From Catajapyx aquilonaris (Eukaryota): DNA of 64,000 nucleotides. Shown here piece by piece: positions 1 through 10,872 of the stretch (position 1 is the stretch's first letter; each line of letters begins with the position of its first letter). The stretch covers positions 1-64,000 of the forward strand of contig JYFJ02001648.1 in NCBI GenBank assembly GCA_000934665.2. Direction: 5' to 3'. Both the position numbers and the translations under genes were made by a program. The notes under the pieces were generated by a model, which saw only the letters and a program-made list of their open reading frames with translations, was not told the origin of the DNA and did not search any database.

Positions 1-1188
1 TTGGGGCGCAGCCCCAAGGGGGGGTGTGGGGGGGCGGAGCCCCCCCGCCTCGCAAAGCGAGTCTAATATATATAAAGCCCCAATCCGACGAGGAGGATGA
101 AAAAAATTTCGTACTTCCCGATGTCGTAGAGACCTCGGACTTGCACCGTTGCCTTTCTAGCCTCCGGTATACCGATTCCAAAAATCCTCATAATCGCAAA
201 ATTCCCAGCCGTTTCGGAGATCGCCAAATTAAATGTAGACGCAAACCCGAGATCGCGAAATTAATGTATCCGCAAACTGCCTCGGATCGACTTGCGACCT
301 TGCGCGCAGATGGTCGTAAAGAAGAAGAACAATGGCCTACCCCCTCCCCTCCACCCCCTGGGATCTTTACGCTACTCAAACCGGGAGTCGTGGGAATTAT
401 ACGTCACAGATGGTACCACCTGTCATCCCAAGCGCTGTTTTGAACAATACGTCAGAGAGGGCACGTTCGGAAACTCCTCATCGCTACCGGTGACGTCACT
501 GATTTTAGTAACCGGATGGATTAGGCGGAATACGGGTACCGCGGCGAAGGCGCGCAGGTGGGGCGCAGCCCCACGGGGGGGTCCGGGGGGGCGGAGCCCC
601 ACCGGCTCGCAAAGCGAGTCTAATATATATAAAGCCCCACGCCGAGGAGGAGGAGGAGGATATAGGATGGAAAAGATCTCCCACTTCCCGAGGTCGTACA
701 GACCTCGGACTTACACCGTTGGATTCCTTGCACCCGATTTCCTATTTTCAAAAATTTTCAAAACCGCGAATTTCCCAGCCGTTTTCGAGATGGCCAAATT
801 AAATGTAGACGCAAACCCGAGATCGCGAAATTAATGTATACCGCCAACTCCCCCGGTTCCCCGAGCGGCTTGCCCGCAGATGGTCGTAACGAAGGAGAAC
901 AATGGCCCACCCCCTCCCATACACCCCCTGGGATTTGCTTACACTACTCAAACCTGGCGTGGGAATTATACGTCACAGACGGTCCCACCTGTCATCCCAA
1001 GCGCTGTTTTGAACGATACGTCAGAGAGGGCACGTTCGGAAACTCCTCATCGCTACCGGTGACGTCACTGATTTCTGTAACCGGATGGATTAGGCGGAAC
1101 ACGGGCATAGCGCCGAAGGCGCGCCAATTGGGGCGCAGCCCCAAGGGGGGGTGTGGGGGGGCTCGGCCCCCCCACCTCGCAAAGCGAG
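1..1188 (+). mobile_element. Head-to-tail tandem array of a ~560-bp non-autonomous Helitron-like element (3' end of one unit at 1-61; full units 62-618 and 619-1188)
   Basis: Units start TCTAATATATATAAAGCCCC (5'-TC) and end with a GC-rich hairpin (GGGGGCGGAGCCCCC) followed by CTCGCAAAGCGAG. The last unit is followed by TATACGTATAAT; the paralogous empty site near 4362-4380 reads GATATAA|TATACGTATAAT, i.e. an A|T insertion site. Confidence 0.65.
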
Positions 1189-1363
1189 TATACGTATAAT
1201 ATACCAAGAGAGAGCACTCGGGGTGAAATGTGAGGCAGGAAACCATAATACCTGAGTAAAGATGTAATATATTGTCGTCCCAGTGTTGTCATTATTGGTT
1301 GTTGTCCCAGTTGCTAGACAACTGTCAGAACAAAAATATTACCTGAGTAAAGTTGGTGCCTAC

Positions 1364-1449
<86 letters not shown>
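1364..1449. repeat. (GAT)n microsatellite, continuing at 1740-1763 after a MITE insertion
   Basis: Direct reading; explains the poly-D/M/I ORFs. Confidence 0.95.
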
Positions 1450-1739
1450 CAAAGAGTTCTGCTATATTATATATACACCTAGAGGAGGCACTCGGGCTGA
1501 AATGTGAGGCAGGCAACAATGCAGGCAACAATATACCTCCAACAAGATGGCGGATGCCTGACATTATTGAACTAATTGTCGCCCAGTTGTCATTATTGGT
1601 TGTTGTCCCAGTTGCTAGACAACTGTTGTAACAACAATATTACCTCCCAACAAGATGGCGGCTTCGTCAGCCTGTCTAATGGACAAGGATAGGGAGTACC
1701 TCCTCTAGGTATTATATTATATAATAGCAGAACTCTTTG
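1450..1739. mobile_element. ~290-bp MITE with CA...TG termini (hAT-like) inserted into the (GAT)n tract
   Basis: TIRs CAAAGAGTTCTGCTAT...CCTAGAGGAGGCACTC and GAGTACCTCCTCTAGG...ATAGCAGAACTCTTTG. GATGATGA flanks both sides and the repeat phase implies a TSD length of 2 mod 3. Absent from the paralogous locus at ~4553-4580. Confidence 0.65.
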
Positions 1740-1791
1740 GATGATGATGATGATGATGATGATAATAATAATAATGTGCTCAATTTTGCAG

Positions 1792-2067
1792 TATCGTCCC
1801 GGATTGATGAAACCCTGCATGTTTTTTTCACTTGGAACCTTGGGCCTAATCTGCGTCGCTGTCTTGATCGGTGTAGTTGCCATGATGATCGCTGGCTCTG
1901 TAGGAGGAGCAATTATCACTTTCATCATCGTAGGGTCTCTCCTCGCCCTCTCCGCTTACTTCCTCGTGGTCGTCTACTCTCACTACCGGGAGTTGCTAGA
2001 TGGAGGAGGAACAGCTGGAACAGGATACGGAACAGGCGGGACAGCAGTTGCCCCGTCTAACAGCTAA
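1792..2067 (+). CDS. Terminal coding exon (TM3-TM4 plus tail) of 4TM-family paralog A; upstream exons not in the window
   Basis: Acceptor ttttgcag|TAT at 1791/1792; YRPGLMKP...YFLVVVYSHYRELL...PSNS* matches exon 4 of the intact paralogs. Confidence 0.75.
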   Translation, partial: YRPGLMKPCMFFSLGTLGLICVAVLIGVVAMMIAGSVGGAIITFIIVGSLLALSAYFLVVVYSHYRELLDGGGTAGTGYGTGGTAVAPSNS

Positions 2068-3110
2068 AGATTCTGAACATGGCTTATCCGTCACGATCCG
2101 TGCCACGCTGCGCTGTCTATTTGAGATGTCACTGTACTGTATGAAACTCCATACTGTGCGCCGATTGTGCGTGGCAACCGCCGGCCAGGACCAATATTTT
2201 GTGCAAATTATATTCTGTCAAGTATTCCCATCCACACCCGGCCGGTGCACAATGATGGTCGTACTTGCAAAAAATATCCTTCCCATATGACGAGCAGAAA
2301 AATTATTGTATGGTATGCTTCAAATAAAATTAACCAGTGTTGGAATTCATATAGATTGACGTACGCATACTGTTTATCAGTCAACTGCATTCCCACATGA
2401 GCAGGACCACGCAGGCCAACTGGCCAAGAGTAAATGACAATGTATAAGGTGAGACTAGAAGAAGAGTGTTATGATGATAATGATTACAATAGTGTAAAAA
2501 AATGTTCCTAGATTTTACTGTTGGAAGAATTGACAGGTAATCATTTGCATATTAGTGATTTTCAGCCGCATGCCAGTCCAAAAGTGACATTAAAGTGACT
2601 TGTTTGCATATCTTGAAAATAGTTTACAGTTGCATTCATTCATAACATCACGGCATAATCCCAGAAATGGGGTAGCCAGCGACGACTATAGTTTGTGCCT
2701 ATTAGCCGTCTCGTACGACCATTACAACGACTCTTCTGGTGACTGGTCAGGCCACGCTGAAGATATAATGAGTTTGGTGATGATGAAATCGGTGATATGA
2801 ACACATACATACAAATACATAAACATACACTGTAAAATGTTAACAGTATAAACAAAAATATAGAGCAGCTGGAGACTAGGCCGCCCACTGCATCCCCTCA
2901 GCGACGGTGTGTTTGGAACCAGGAGCATTCTTATTGCTTCTCGATATTATTTTCTGGTTGTGTGTTTGCGTCAGTGTGGCATTTCCCGATAATATATTCT
3001 GAACATGTCAGCAGCTTGCAACACCTTTGCTGCCTTGCAGATGTGTGGTGGAGGGGGGGGGGGGGGAGAAGGACGGTTGCTGTGAAGGTGAAGTTAAGNA
3101 GGTGAAGTTA

Positions 3111-3272
3111 AGGTCTATTCTCATATCTGCGAATAGTCGAAAAATCGCGGCGAATTTGGCTTTTCACGCGCGTGCGAATCGCAAGGGGTATTGTTGGCAA
3201 CAATAAATGAAAACACCCATTGCGATTCGCACGCGCGATTTTTCGACAATTCGCAGATATGAGAATGGACCT
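3111..3272. mobile_element. Tourist/PIF-Harbinger-like MITE
   Basis: TIR AGGTCTATTCTCATATCTGCGAATAGTCGAAAAATCGCG versus CGCGATTTTTCGACAATTCGCAGATATGAGAATGGACCT; TTA on both flanks (3108-3110 and 3273-3275). Confidence 0.75.
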
Positions 3273-4104
3273 TTACGCTTCGCAATTATTATTATTTTCC
3301 AATCCAATTTTATTTTTCAATCGGAAACTGTCAAGAGATTTAAGGTGACTAGCCTAGACAGGCCCTGTACCCATCACCATGCTTTATTTCAATAAATATT
3401 CAAATTAATAATATTCAAATTCACATTATGCACACTCAAAATTATTCACGCGTCTTGTTCATCTCTGGATTAGATCTGGTCTACCCCGTGTAGCCTACTC
3501 TTCTTCTTTGGGTTGGCATCAGACGGCACGCAGCTCCCGTCGCTTACTCCAGCCTCTTCCTGCATTGAGCTGTGACAACTTTCGGTCCGCTGCCAGACAG
3601 AAACGGTTGAACTCAGGCAGCAAATCTTCCACCAGAGCCTTCCTCGAACAGGACCATCCCAGTCTTCTAAAAACAAATGTTCGGCCAAGCTCTCCCCTGG
3701 CAGCTGCTATTTCTGGGATATTGCAGCTCCAGATGATAATTATGAGCTGCAGTCTGAACTCCGTCTCCACACTGGCACCGCGCACCATCAGAATCATCCT
3801 GGTTATCATCTATTATGTGATCCCCACCATCTCCGTTGTCCTCTGCATCCCCCACATGATCTCCTCCCAAGTGGAAGCGATGTAGGTAGCTCCGATAAAA
3901 GGCTCATGCCCGGATATAAGCCTGGCCAGGTGCCCGTGGACATGGCGATTCGTCGACACCGCCGGAAAGAACCGCCGGAAACACCAAAATTTCCTCCACA
4001 TCTCCCAACCCTGCTGCCAGGCCTCGCTCCATCTGAGAATCAAAGGCTCGTCTTCTAATGTGGTGAGACGACACAGGCAGGAAGTTAGTGTCGACCCACC
4101 GTAA

Positions 4105-4287
4105 AGGCCCATTCACACAGGCCGTCGACGGTTTTGGTTTTTGGTCGCGTTGACCCTGCGGACCAATCATGACCCATGTAAACAAGCTCTAAACAATTGG
4201 TTGTGCTTGTTTACATGAGTCATGATTGGTCTGCGGTGTCAACGCAACCAAAAACCAAAACCGTCGATGGCCTGTGTGAATGGGCCT
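4105..4287. mobile_element. Fold-back MITE (Harbinger-like TIR AGGCCCATTCACACAG)
   Basis: ~80-bp near-perfect inverted arms around a ~17-bp spacer; flanks TAA / TTA. Confidence 0.75.
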
Positions 4288-4606
4288 TTATTTGTCGCAT
4301 GAGGGCATCTCCATGGCAAATTGGAAAAGTGATAGGTTACAAGGGATGTGCAAGGAGTTCTGATATAATATACGTATAATAGCCTATACCAAGAGAGAGC
4401 ACTCGGGGTGAAATGTGAGGCAGGAAACCATAATACCTGAGTAAAGATGTAATAAATTGTTGTCCCAGTGTTGTCATTATTGGTTGTTGTCCCAGTTGCT
4501 AGACAACTGTTAGAACAAGAATATTACCTGAGTAAAGTTGGTGCCTACTGTAATGATGATGATGATGATGATGATGATAATACTAATAATGTGCTCAATT
4601 TTGCAG

Positions 4607-5107
4607 TATCGTCCCGGATTGATGAAACCCTGCATGTTTTTTTCCCTTGGAACCTTGAGCCTAATCTGCGTCGCTGTCTTGGTCATTGTAGTTGGCACAA
4701 TGATCGCTGGCTTTGTAGGAGTAGCAATTATCACTTTCATCATCGCAGGGTTTCACGTCGCCCTCTTCGCTTACTTCCTCGTGGTCGTCTACTCTCACTA
4801 CCGGGAGTTGCTAGATGGAGGAGGAACAGCTAGGACAGGATACGTAATGGGGTACGTAAGGCCTGGATACGGAACTGGACCAGGATACGGGCCCGGACCA
4901 GGATACGGAACTGGACCAGGATACGGAACTGGACCAGGATACGGGCCCGGACCAGGATACGGAACTGGACCAGGATACGGAACTGGACCAGGATACGGGC
5001 CCGGACCAGGATACGGGCCTGTACCAGGATACCTAACTGGACCAGGAAACGTAACTGGACCAGGATACGGAACAGACGGGACAGCAGTTGTCCCGTCTAT
5101 GAACTAA
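4607..5107 (+). CDS. Terminal coding exon of 4TM-family paralog B with a (GYG[T/P]GP)n tail; no upstream exons found
   Basis: Acceptor ttttgcag|TAT at 4606/4607; near-identical to exon A; 18-nt tandem repeat at ~4865-5075 in frame; open to TAA at 5107. Confidence 0.7.
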   Translation, partial: YRPGLMKPCMFFSLGTLSLICVAVLVIVVGTMIAGFVGVAIITFIIAGFHVALFAYFLVVVYSHYRELLDGGGTARTGYVMGYVRPGYGTGPGYGPGPGYGTGPGYGTGPGYGPGPGYGTGPGYGTGPGYGPGPGYGPVPGYLTGPGNVTGPGYGTDGTAVVPSMN

Positions 5108-5754
5108 AAGTTCTGAACGTGCCTTATCCGTCATGATCCTTGCCACGCTGCGCTGTCTATTCTAGATGTCACTGTACTGTACGAAACTCTATATACTGTG
5201 CGCAGATTGTGGCAACCGGTCAGGACCAAGATTTTGTGCAAATTATCTGTCAAGTCTTCCCATCCACACCCGTCCTGTGCACAATGCATGTGTTGGTAGT
5301 ACTTGAAAAATATATCCTTCCCATTATTTGACAAGAGCAGAAAAATTATTGTATGGTGTGCTTCAAATAAAATTAACCCGTGTTGGAATTCCATATCCAG
5401 ATGTATAGATTGACGTACTTACTGTTTATCAGTCAGCTGCATTTCCACATGGGCAGGGCCACGCAGGACAACAGTCAATGACAATGTAATGTCGTAGAAG
5501 ATTGTAATGATGATAATGATTAGTGTAAATGTATATAGATGTTACTACTGAAGGTATATTGACAGGGAATGGTTTGAATTTGTGATTTTTCAGCTTCATA
5601 CGAGTCCAGAAGTATATTAGTTTGCATATCTTGAAAATATAGTTTACAGTTACATGGCCAATTGGTGCAGTAACAGAGAAGCTAACCAGATGACGTCACT
5701 CTGACACTGACTTTGGCTGACTTATTGCAGTATATGGCGCATTCAAGACAGTGT

Positions 5755-6206
5755 CAGGGAGCATATACTACATAAGAGGCGCAAACTTCCGTCGGCGCCT
5801 TTGTTGTTCGCGTCTCTCTGTTTATAGGGCGTTGCCAAGGCCGGCGGCCATCTTGACGTGTGTGGTATGCCAACGAGGTATAAATAGGGTACAGGCAAAA
5901 ATAAGGTCCGCCATCTTTGATGGTTTTGGCTGCCATGGCAATACACGGCAATAACACGCGCGAATTTGAATTCGATATTGGAAAATGGGTAAGTAAATAA
6001 ATTGTTATTGCCGTGTATTGCCATGGCAGCCCAAACCATCAAAGATGGCGGACCCCGCGGACCTTGACGGCCTGCCTGTATACCCTATTTATACCTCGTT
6101 GACATACCACACACTTCAAGATGGCCGCCAGCCTTGGCAACGCCCTATAAACAGAGAGACGAAAAAAATCGAAAGTTTGCGCCTCTTATGTAGTGTATGC
6201 TCCCTG
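5755..6206. mobile_element. Fold-back MITE with CAGGGAG termini and 7-bp TSD (possibly P-element superfamily)
   Basis: CAGGGAGCATATACTACATAAGAGGCGCAAAC ... GTTTGCGCCTCTTATGTAGTGTATGCTCCCTG; TSD ACAGTGT at 5748-5754 and 6207-6213; second copy at 17511-17874. Confidence 0.85.
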
Positions 6207-7686
6207 ACAGTGTAGTCTCTATACCATATTGCATCAATATTTGTCTGTCTAAAATAGAGCTTGCGAGTACATGAAGAGCAGATGCAGTGGACAAGAGAAC
6301 AAACACCAGTATGATTGTGGCGGAGTATGGGAATATTATTTTATTACCTGCTGATCACTGATCCGATCAGTGCAAAGAAGAGGAAGGCGAGTTTTCTCTA
6401 GTGCAGGTGACACAATCACATCGAAGGGTGATGAGTTAATAGGATTTAATATAACTGCGCGGTGAAATACTTTATGTGCTGAGCTACGCCATTTTTGTTA
6501 TACACTGCCCTCTCCACTGTGTCAGAATAATATTGTCGAATATTGTTCGATTTTAACTCTGCCGCGCACTGTTATTATTAAAATGGATCTGAAGGTAGCC
6601 TAATTTACAAAACACTCAGGAAGAAACTAACAACGGCTGACAAAAAATCATTGAGTCTATCCCTCGTTCCTCTGGAAAATATCGAATAACAAGGAGAAAC
6701 GCGCTGTTATTATTTTAATATCTATATATGGCTTTTAATCCAACAAAACCATACTTAGGCCACCATTGTTTCATACTATATTAAGAGAAACCGGAGGTTT
6801 GGAAAGTTCTTGAAGGGATTCTTCTCACTGACTAACCCCTAAGTAAGCTTTGTCCTAATAATTTAACATGGACTTTGCAAGGAAGTGTTGCAGCCAATCA
6901 AGGTTGCAGCAGAATAACATTTTGTAACTTATTTTTTTGTGTACATATGTAAATGATTTTTTGCAGTGTCTTGGAGAAAGATTGACCATTCCAAAGCAGT
7001 TCTTTCAGTATTGATAAATTTCATTTCTATGTATATTATCGGTAATTTATAGTGAAAGTTGTTCCTAATAATATTAGTGGAACCTCTGAAGTAGGCCATG
7101 TCCCTATATCTGTTGGACATTATTTTTGGAACCGTCAAAAAGCTTATCCCCTGTAAAGTTGCTAAGTTGGATACCTGTCTATCTTGGAAGTTGGACGCTT
7201 TTTTCCCTCTTAATTATTGCAGTACCATTTTCACATTATTATACTCCGAGTGTATTCTCGTTTTTGGTTTCTAAACCGTGAGCCATGCTGAGCTCTGCAT
7301 GCATTTGTGAAGCATGCCTCATGTCTTCAAGTGACATTGTCAACCGTATGACAGCAGCATCCTGACAACGGAGGATGAATATGGTGGCAGTGCAGATGAG
7401 GTGCTGAATCAGGTGTACCAGGATACACGAAGTAAATCATGAGAAGTGAAGGCGCTGTAAAACCTGTTGCCTTCTCACTGGGATGCCCTGGAGTGCATTC
7501 TTATGAAATGTGAACCTCATGGTTTGGCATGCCAACCCACTCTTATATTGACGACGTTTTTTGCTGCCCTCAAAAAATCGCGTTGTAAAAACATGAAACT
7601 GCTGCTCGCAAATCTGCAATTTTTTGACCTGACAGGGCTAATAACCTTATAGAATAAATCTCAACATTAAATTTGCTGGAACCCTA

Positions 7687-7880
7687 GGGGGTGGTCTAGT
7701 GGTTATCGTCACAGCTTTCCACCTCCGAGGTCCCGAGTTAGATCCCGGGTTCGGACAGAGGATAGGCCTACCTATATGGAAAGAGTTTCGATGGGTTCTC
7801 TCCGTGTCTGCATGGGTTTTCTCGGGGTTCTCCCGTTTCCTCCCACAATCAAAACCCCATGTATTGTTCACTAAAACCTT
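7687..7880 (+). mobile_element. tRNA-derived SINE with a V-SINE-like central domain
   Basis: A-box-like TGGTCTAGTGG and B-box-like GAGTTAGATCC, then GTTCTCTCCGTGTCTGCATGGGTTTTCTCGGGGTTCTCCCGTTTCCTCCCACAATCAAAA, resembling the V-domain consensus as I recall it. The 3' end is not defined. Confidence 0.65.
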
Positions 7881-9631
7881 CAACCGCAATGAAATTCTTC
7901 TCCGTTGTAACACTCCATTTAAAGCATCGTCACACAATGCCCAATATGAGTTCTGTTGAGTATCATCTATCATTTCCGCAAAATAAATATTTAAAAACCC
8001 TGAAAGGTTCCTAGCATTTTCGGGGGTCATTTCAACTACAGTATTAAAAGTCAATTAAAAGTGGCAAATTCGCTTCGTGAATGTCACATTTTTTTCACAC
8101 GTTATTTTCATTATTATTGCATCTTGCTATACCTGATCAACTGTGTGCGTGAGCATGGCATTTACCGAAAATATTTGAGCATAATAGGCCTATTGGCAGC
8201 CTGCAAGATTTTTACTGCCTTGCAGAAAACGTGTGCAAGGGAAGAGAAGGACGGTTGCTGGCATGGTGAGGTTTCGTTTCGCAATTATTTACTCCAAAAT
8301 TATTATTTTTTGGAAGGGGAAAAATTTTCCTGGTAGGAATAAATTATACCGTACGTGCAAGTTGATTTTTCCCTGTTCCGATTTCACCCACAGGTCAGAC
8401 TCGAAAGGTCAAATACCATGTTCCTGACCTCCTAGCTTATGTGAGCAGTTTTCTCTACTAAAATCTAAAAGTGTTTGGTAGATTTTGTACACATAATGTT
8501 GCGAATACAATGTCATATTGATCATACTCCTATGTAAGCCAAAATGTTGTTTTTGTACAATGTGCCTTTTTAATTAATATTTTTCCTTCTGACCTATTGA
8601 CCACTGCTATACGTACAATGTTGGACATTAATCGAGGCATTCCAGGCACTGGTGGCTTGCGACATTTTCCGAATAGGCAGAAGAAGAAATCGAAGATAAG
8701 GATACTGAAAGCCGAGCGAGCAAGATTTCTTCCTCTGCCGCTTCGGAAAATGTCGCTAGCAGTGTGCCTCGATTTATGTGCAACATCACTGTACATATAT
8801 GTTCACATATCAGTACATAGGAATAATAATTATGTAGAGCTGTAAATTATTTCTACGTACTATTGATGCTGGTCTAAACACACGTGCCAAATAATGTATT
8901 TAAAAAAATGTAATAATTATGTACAGGGTGACATCTACAGGTGGTGGAGTGGTTAGCGCCGCAGTCTTCCACCTCAGTCGTGCTATGTCATAGTGCTATT
9001 ACATAGCACGATTTTGGCTGACTTTTCGCCCGGTCAAGTACTACACTTCTACTTGTATTTTTAGTGTAAATGCTAATATGGAAGAGTGTTGTAGATTGTG
9101 GTACAGTACCGATAATAAGTCACAACCCGTGTGCTGTGGACCATTATTGTTTCAATCTGAAGGTCATCTAATTTTTAAAACAATTAAGTGGGAAATGATA
9201 GTGACTGACAAAATATCAAGTGCTACATGACGTGGTGCGCACTGCGCAATGTTGACAACAATTATGAATAACGAGAAGCAACGCGCCCCTTTTTTGATAG
9301 AGTGATTTTTACGCCAACAGAATCATTGTTAGGTCCCCATGGCTTCATAAAATTTTCATAGACGTTTGATACTTGTGAGTTCTTGAAGGGCTTATTCTTA
9401 CAGACCGACCATCTCCTCAAGGAAACCTTCATCCAAAACACTTAGCAGAGAATTTTCAGGTTAGTTCTTCAGAAGCATAACTTTTGTCACTTTTTGGGGC
9501 TAAATTATTCTTGCAGTATCTTGGGGAAATGCTCTATCATGTCGCATCCTCTCTACTAACGTTAAGTTACAATATTTATCTGAGCTCTACGACATTCGCA
9601 ATTTTAGGTTCGGCAAAGGCAAGGCAACAAA

Positions 9632-10421
9632 ATGGCAATTTTTAATAAGTGTTTCACCATATGCAGTACCCGCACCTGTACCCTTATTCTAGGGATGGAG
9701 GTCTTGGTAAGCTTCACAGTCACGGATGTAAAAAAATAAAGACACATTTAAGTAGTATAGAACGGTATTTTTTTCCATTTTACAGATTGCCTTCCTGATC
9801 CTGGATCTGATAATCATTTACTATCTGGCTTATTGGGAGGATTCAACCCAGAATTGGAGGAAGATGATAGAATCAGAAGGGAGAGACTCATGCGAAATTA
9901 TGAATTGTACGTGTCTTCTGCTATAGGCGCACATCATCTGAAACATTACAAGCGTACCGTACAGTGAAATAATACATAATATTTATTATTATCACCTTCT
10001 AGCCCTGCACACTGGTTTCATAGCTTTTCTGATAGTTTTTCCGGTTATCATCGTGGCAGTATGCATGCTCATCCAGGGAGTACGAAAGGTCGGTCATTTT
10101 ACGAAATAATGAAAGTGTCACAAACCGAATGTTGTGAAAATTTGATCAATAATTTATTGATCCTTGGTTTAATTTCTGCAGTCGCGGCCAGGACTGATGG
10201 TGCCTTTCATATTGCTGCATGCTCTAGTCAACGTCTTGGCTCCGATCGGGTTTCTGGTGCACGTGTTTTCCGGGGAACTTTCGGTCCACACCTTTCTACT
10301 TTTCCTGCTGGGTGTCTCCGGAAGCTTCTACTCATTCCTGGTAGTATACTCTCACTACCAGGAGTTGACTTATGGAGATGGGGCAGCGGAGGCCTGCGTA
10401 CAGGCCAAAAAAGAGTCCTGA
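9632..10421 (+). CDS. 4TM LAPTM/DUF4728-like paralog C
   Basis: Exons 9632-9706, 9786-9906, 10003-10088, 10182-10421; GT-AG, phases 0/1/0, open frame MAIFNKCFTICSTRTCTLILG...LIQGVRK|SRPGLMVP...VVYSHYQEL. Confidence 0.85.
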
Positions 10422-10872
10422 GTTTATACGTTACTGTGAGTCGTTGTTATCCAGATTCTCAAATTTTCTGACATTCTTTCCCAACAATGAATGTGTGCGC
10501 AGCTATTGAGTCGTAAATTAGTGCAAAATTAGCAGTCAGTTGTTTACTCTGCTTGATTCCAAGCGACTCGTGTGGCTCAAAAAAAACTCTTGTATACTGC
10601 ACACTGTAGGAATTCATTACACATAATAGAAGTTGGCAAAATTGTTGACACGTTCGAGACAATCACGAAAATGTATATTGAATTGTAATGGAGTGAAACA
10701 TGCGTGTAACAGAATAGGTCTCAGCTGATATTATTTAGTATTATATTATTATTATATTATTATATTATAATTATTATGGTAATTTCTGCGAAGATTAATT
10801 TGTCCTGAAAGCGTTGCATAATTTTTTTTCTAGAATTTCTGTGTCTTGGTAGGCCTAACTGTTCATCCTAAA

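Noticed and set aside
24..1292. ORFs of 60-180 aa in the first 1.3 kb
   Set aside because: They lie within GC-rich tandem Helitron-like units; frames are not conserved between units and show no recognisable domain.
1283..1631. Poly-Asp, poly-Met and poly-Ile ORFs (also 14232-14453)
   Set aside because: Translations of trinucleotide microsatellites.
4865..5075. Possible CRISPR-like or collagen-like repeat
   Set aside because: Contiguous 18-nt units without unique spacers in a eukaryotic context; Gly occurs every second residue, not Gly-X-Y.
5743..6215. Similar ORFs at 5.7-6.2 kb and 17.5-17.9 kb suggesting a second gene family
   Set aside because: They derive from two copies of the same MITE.
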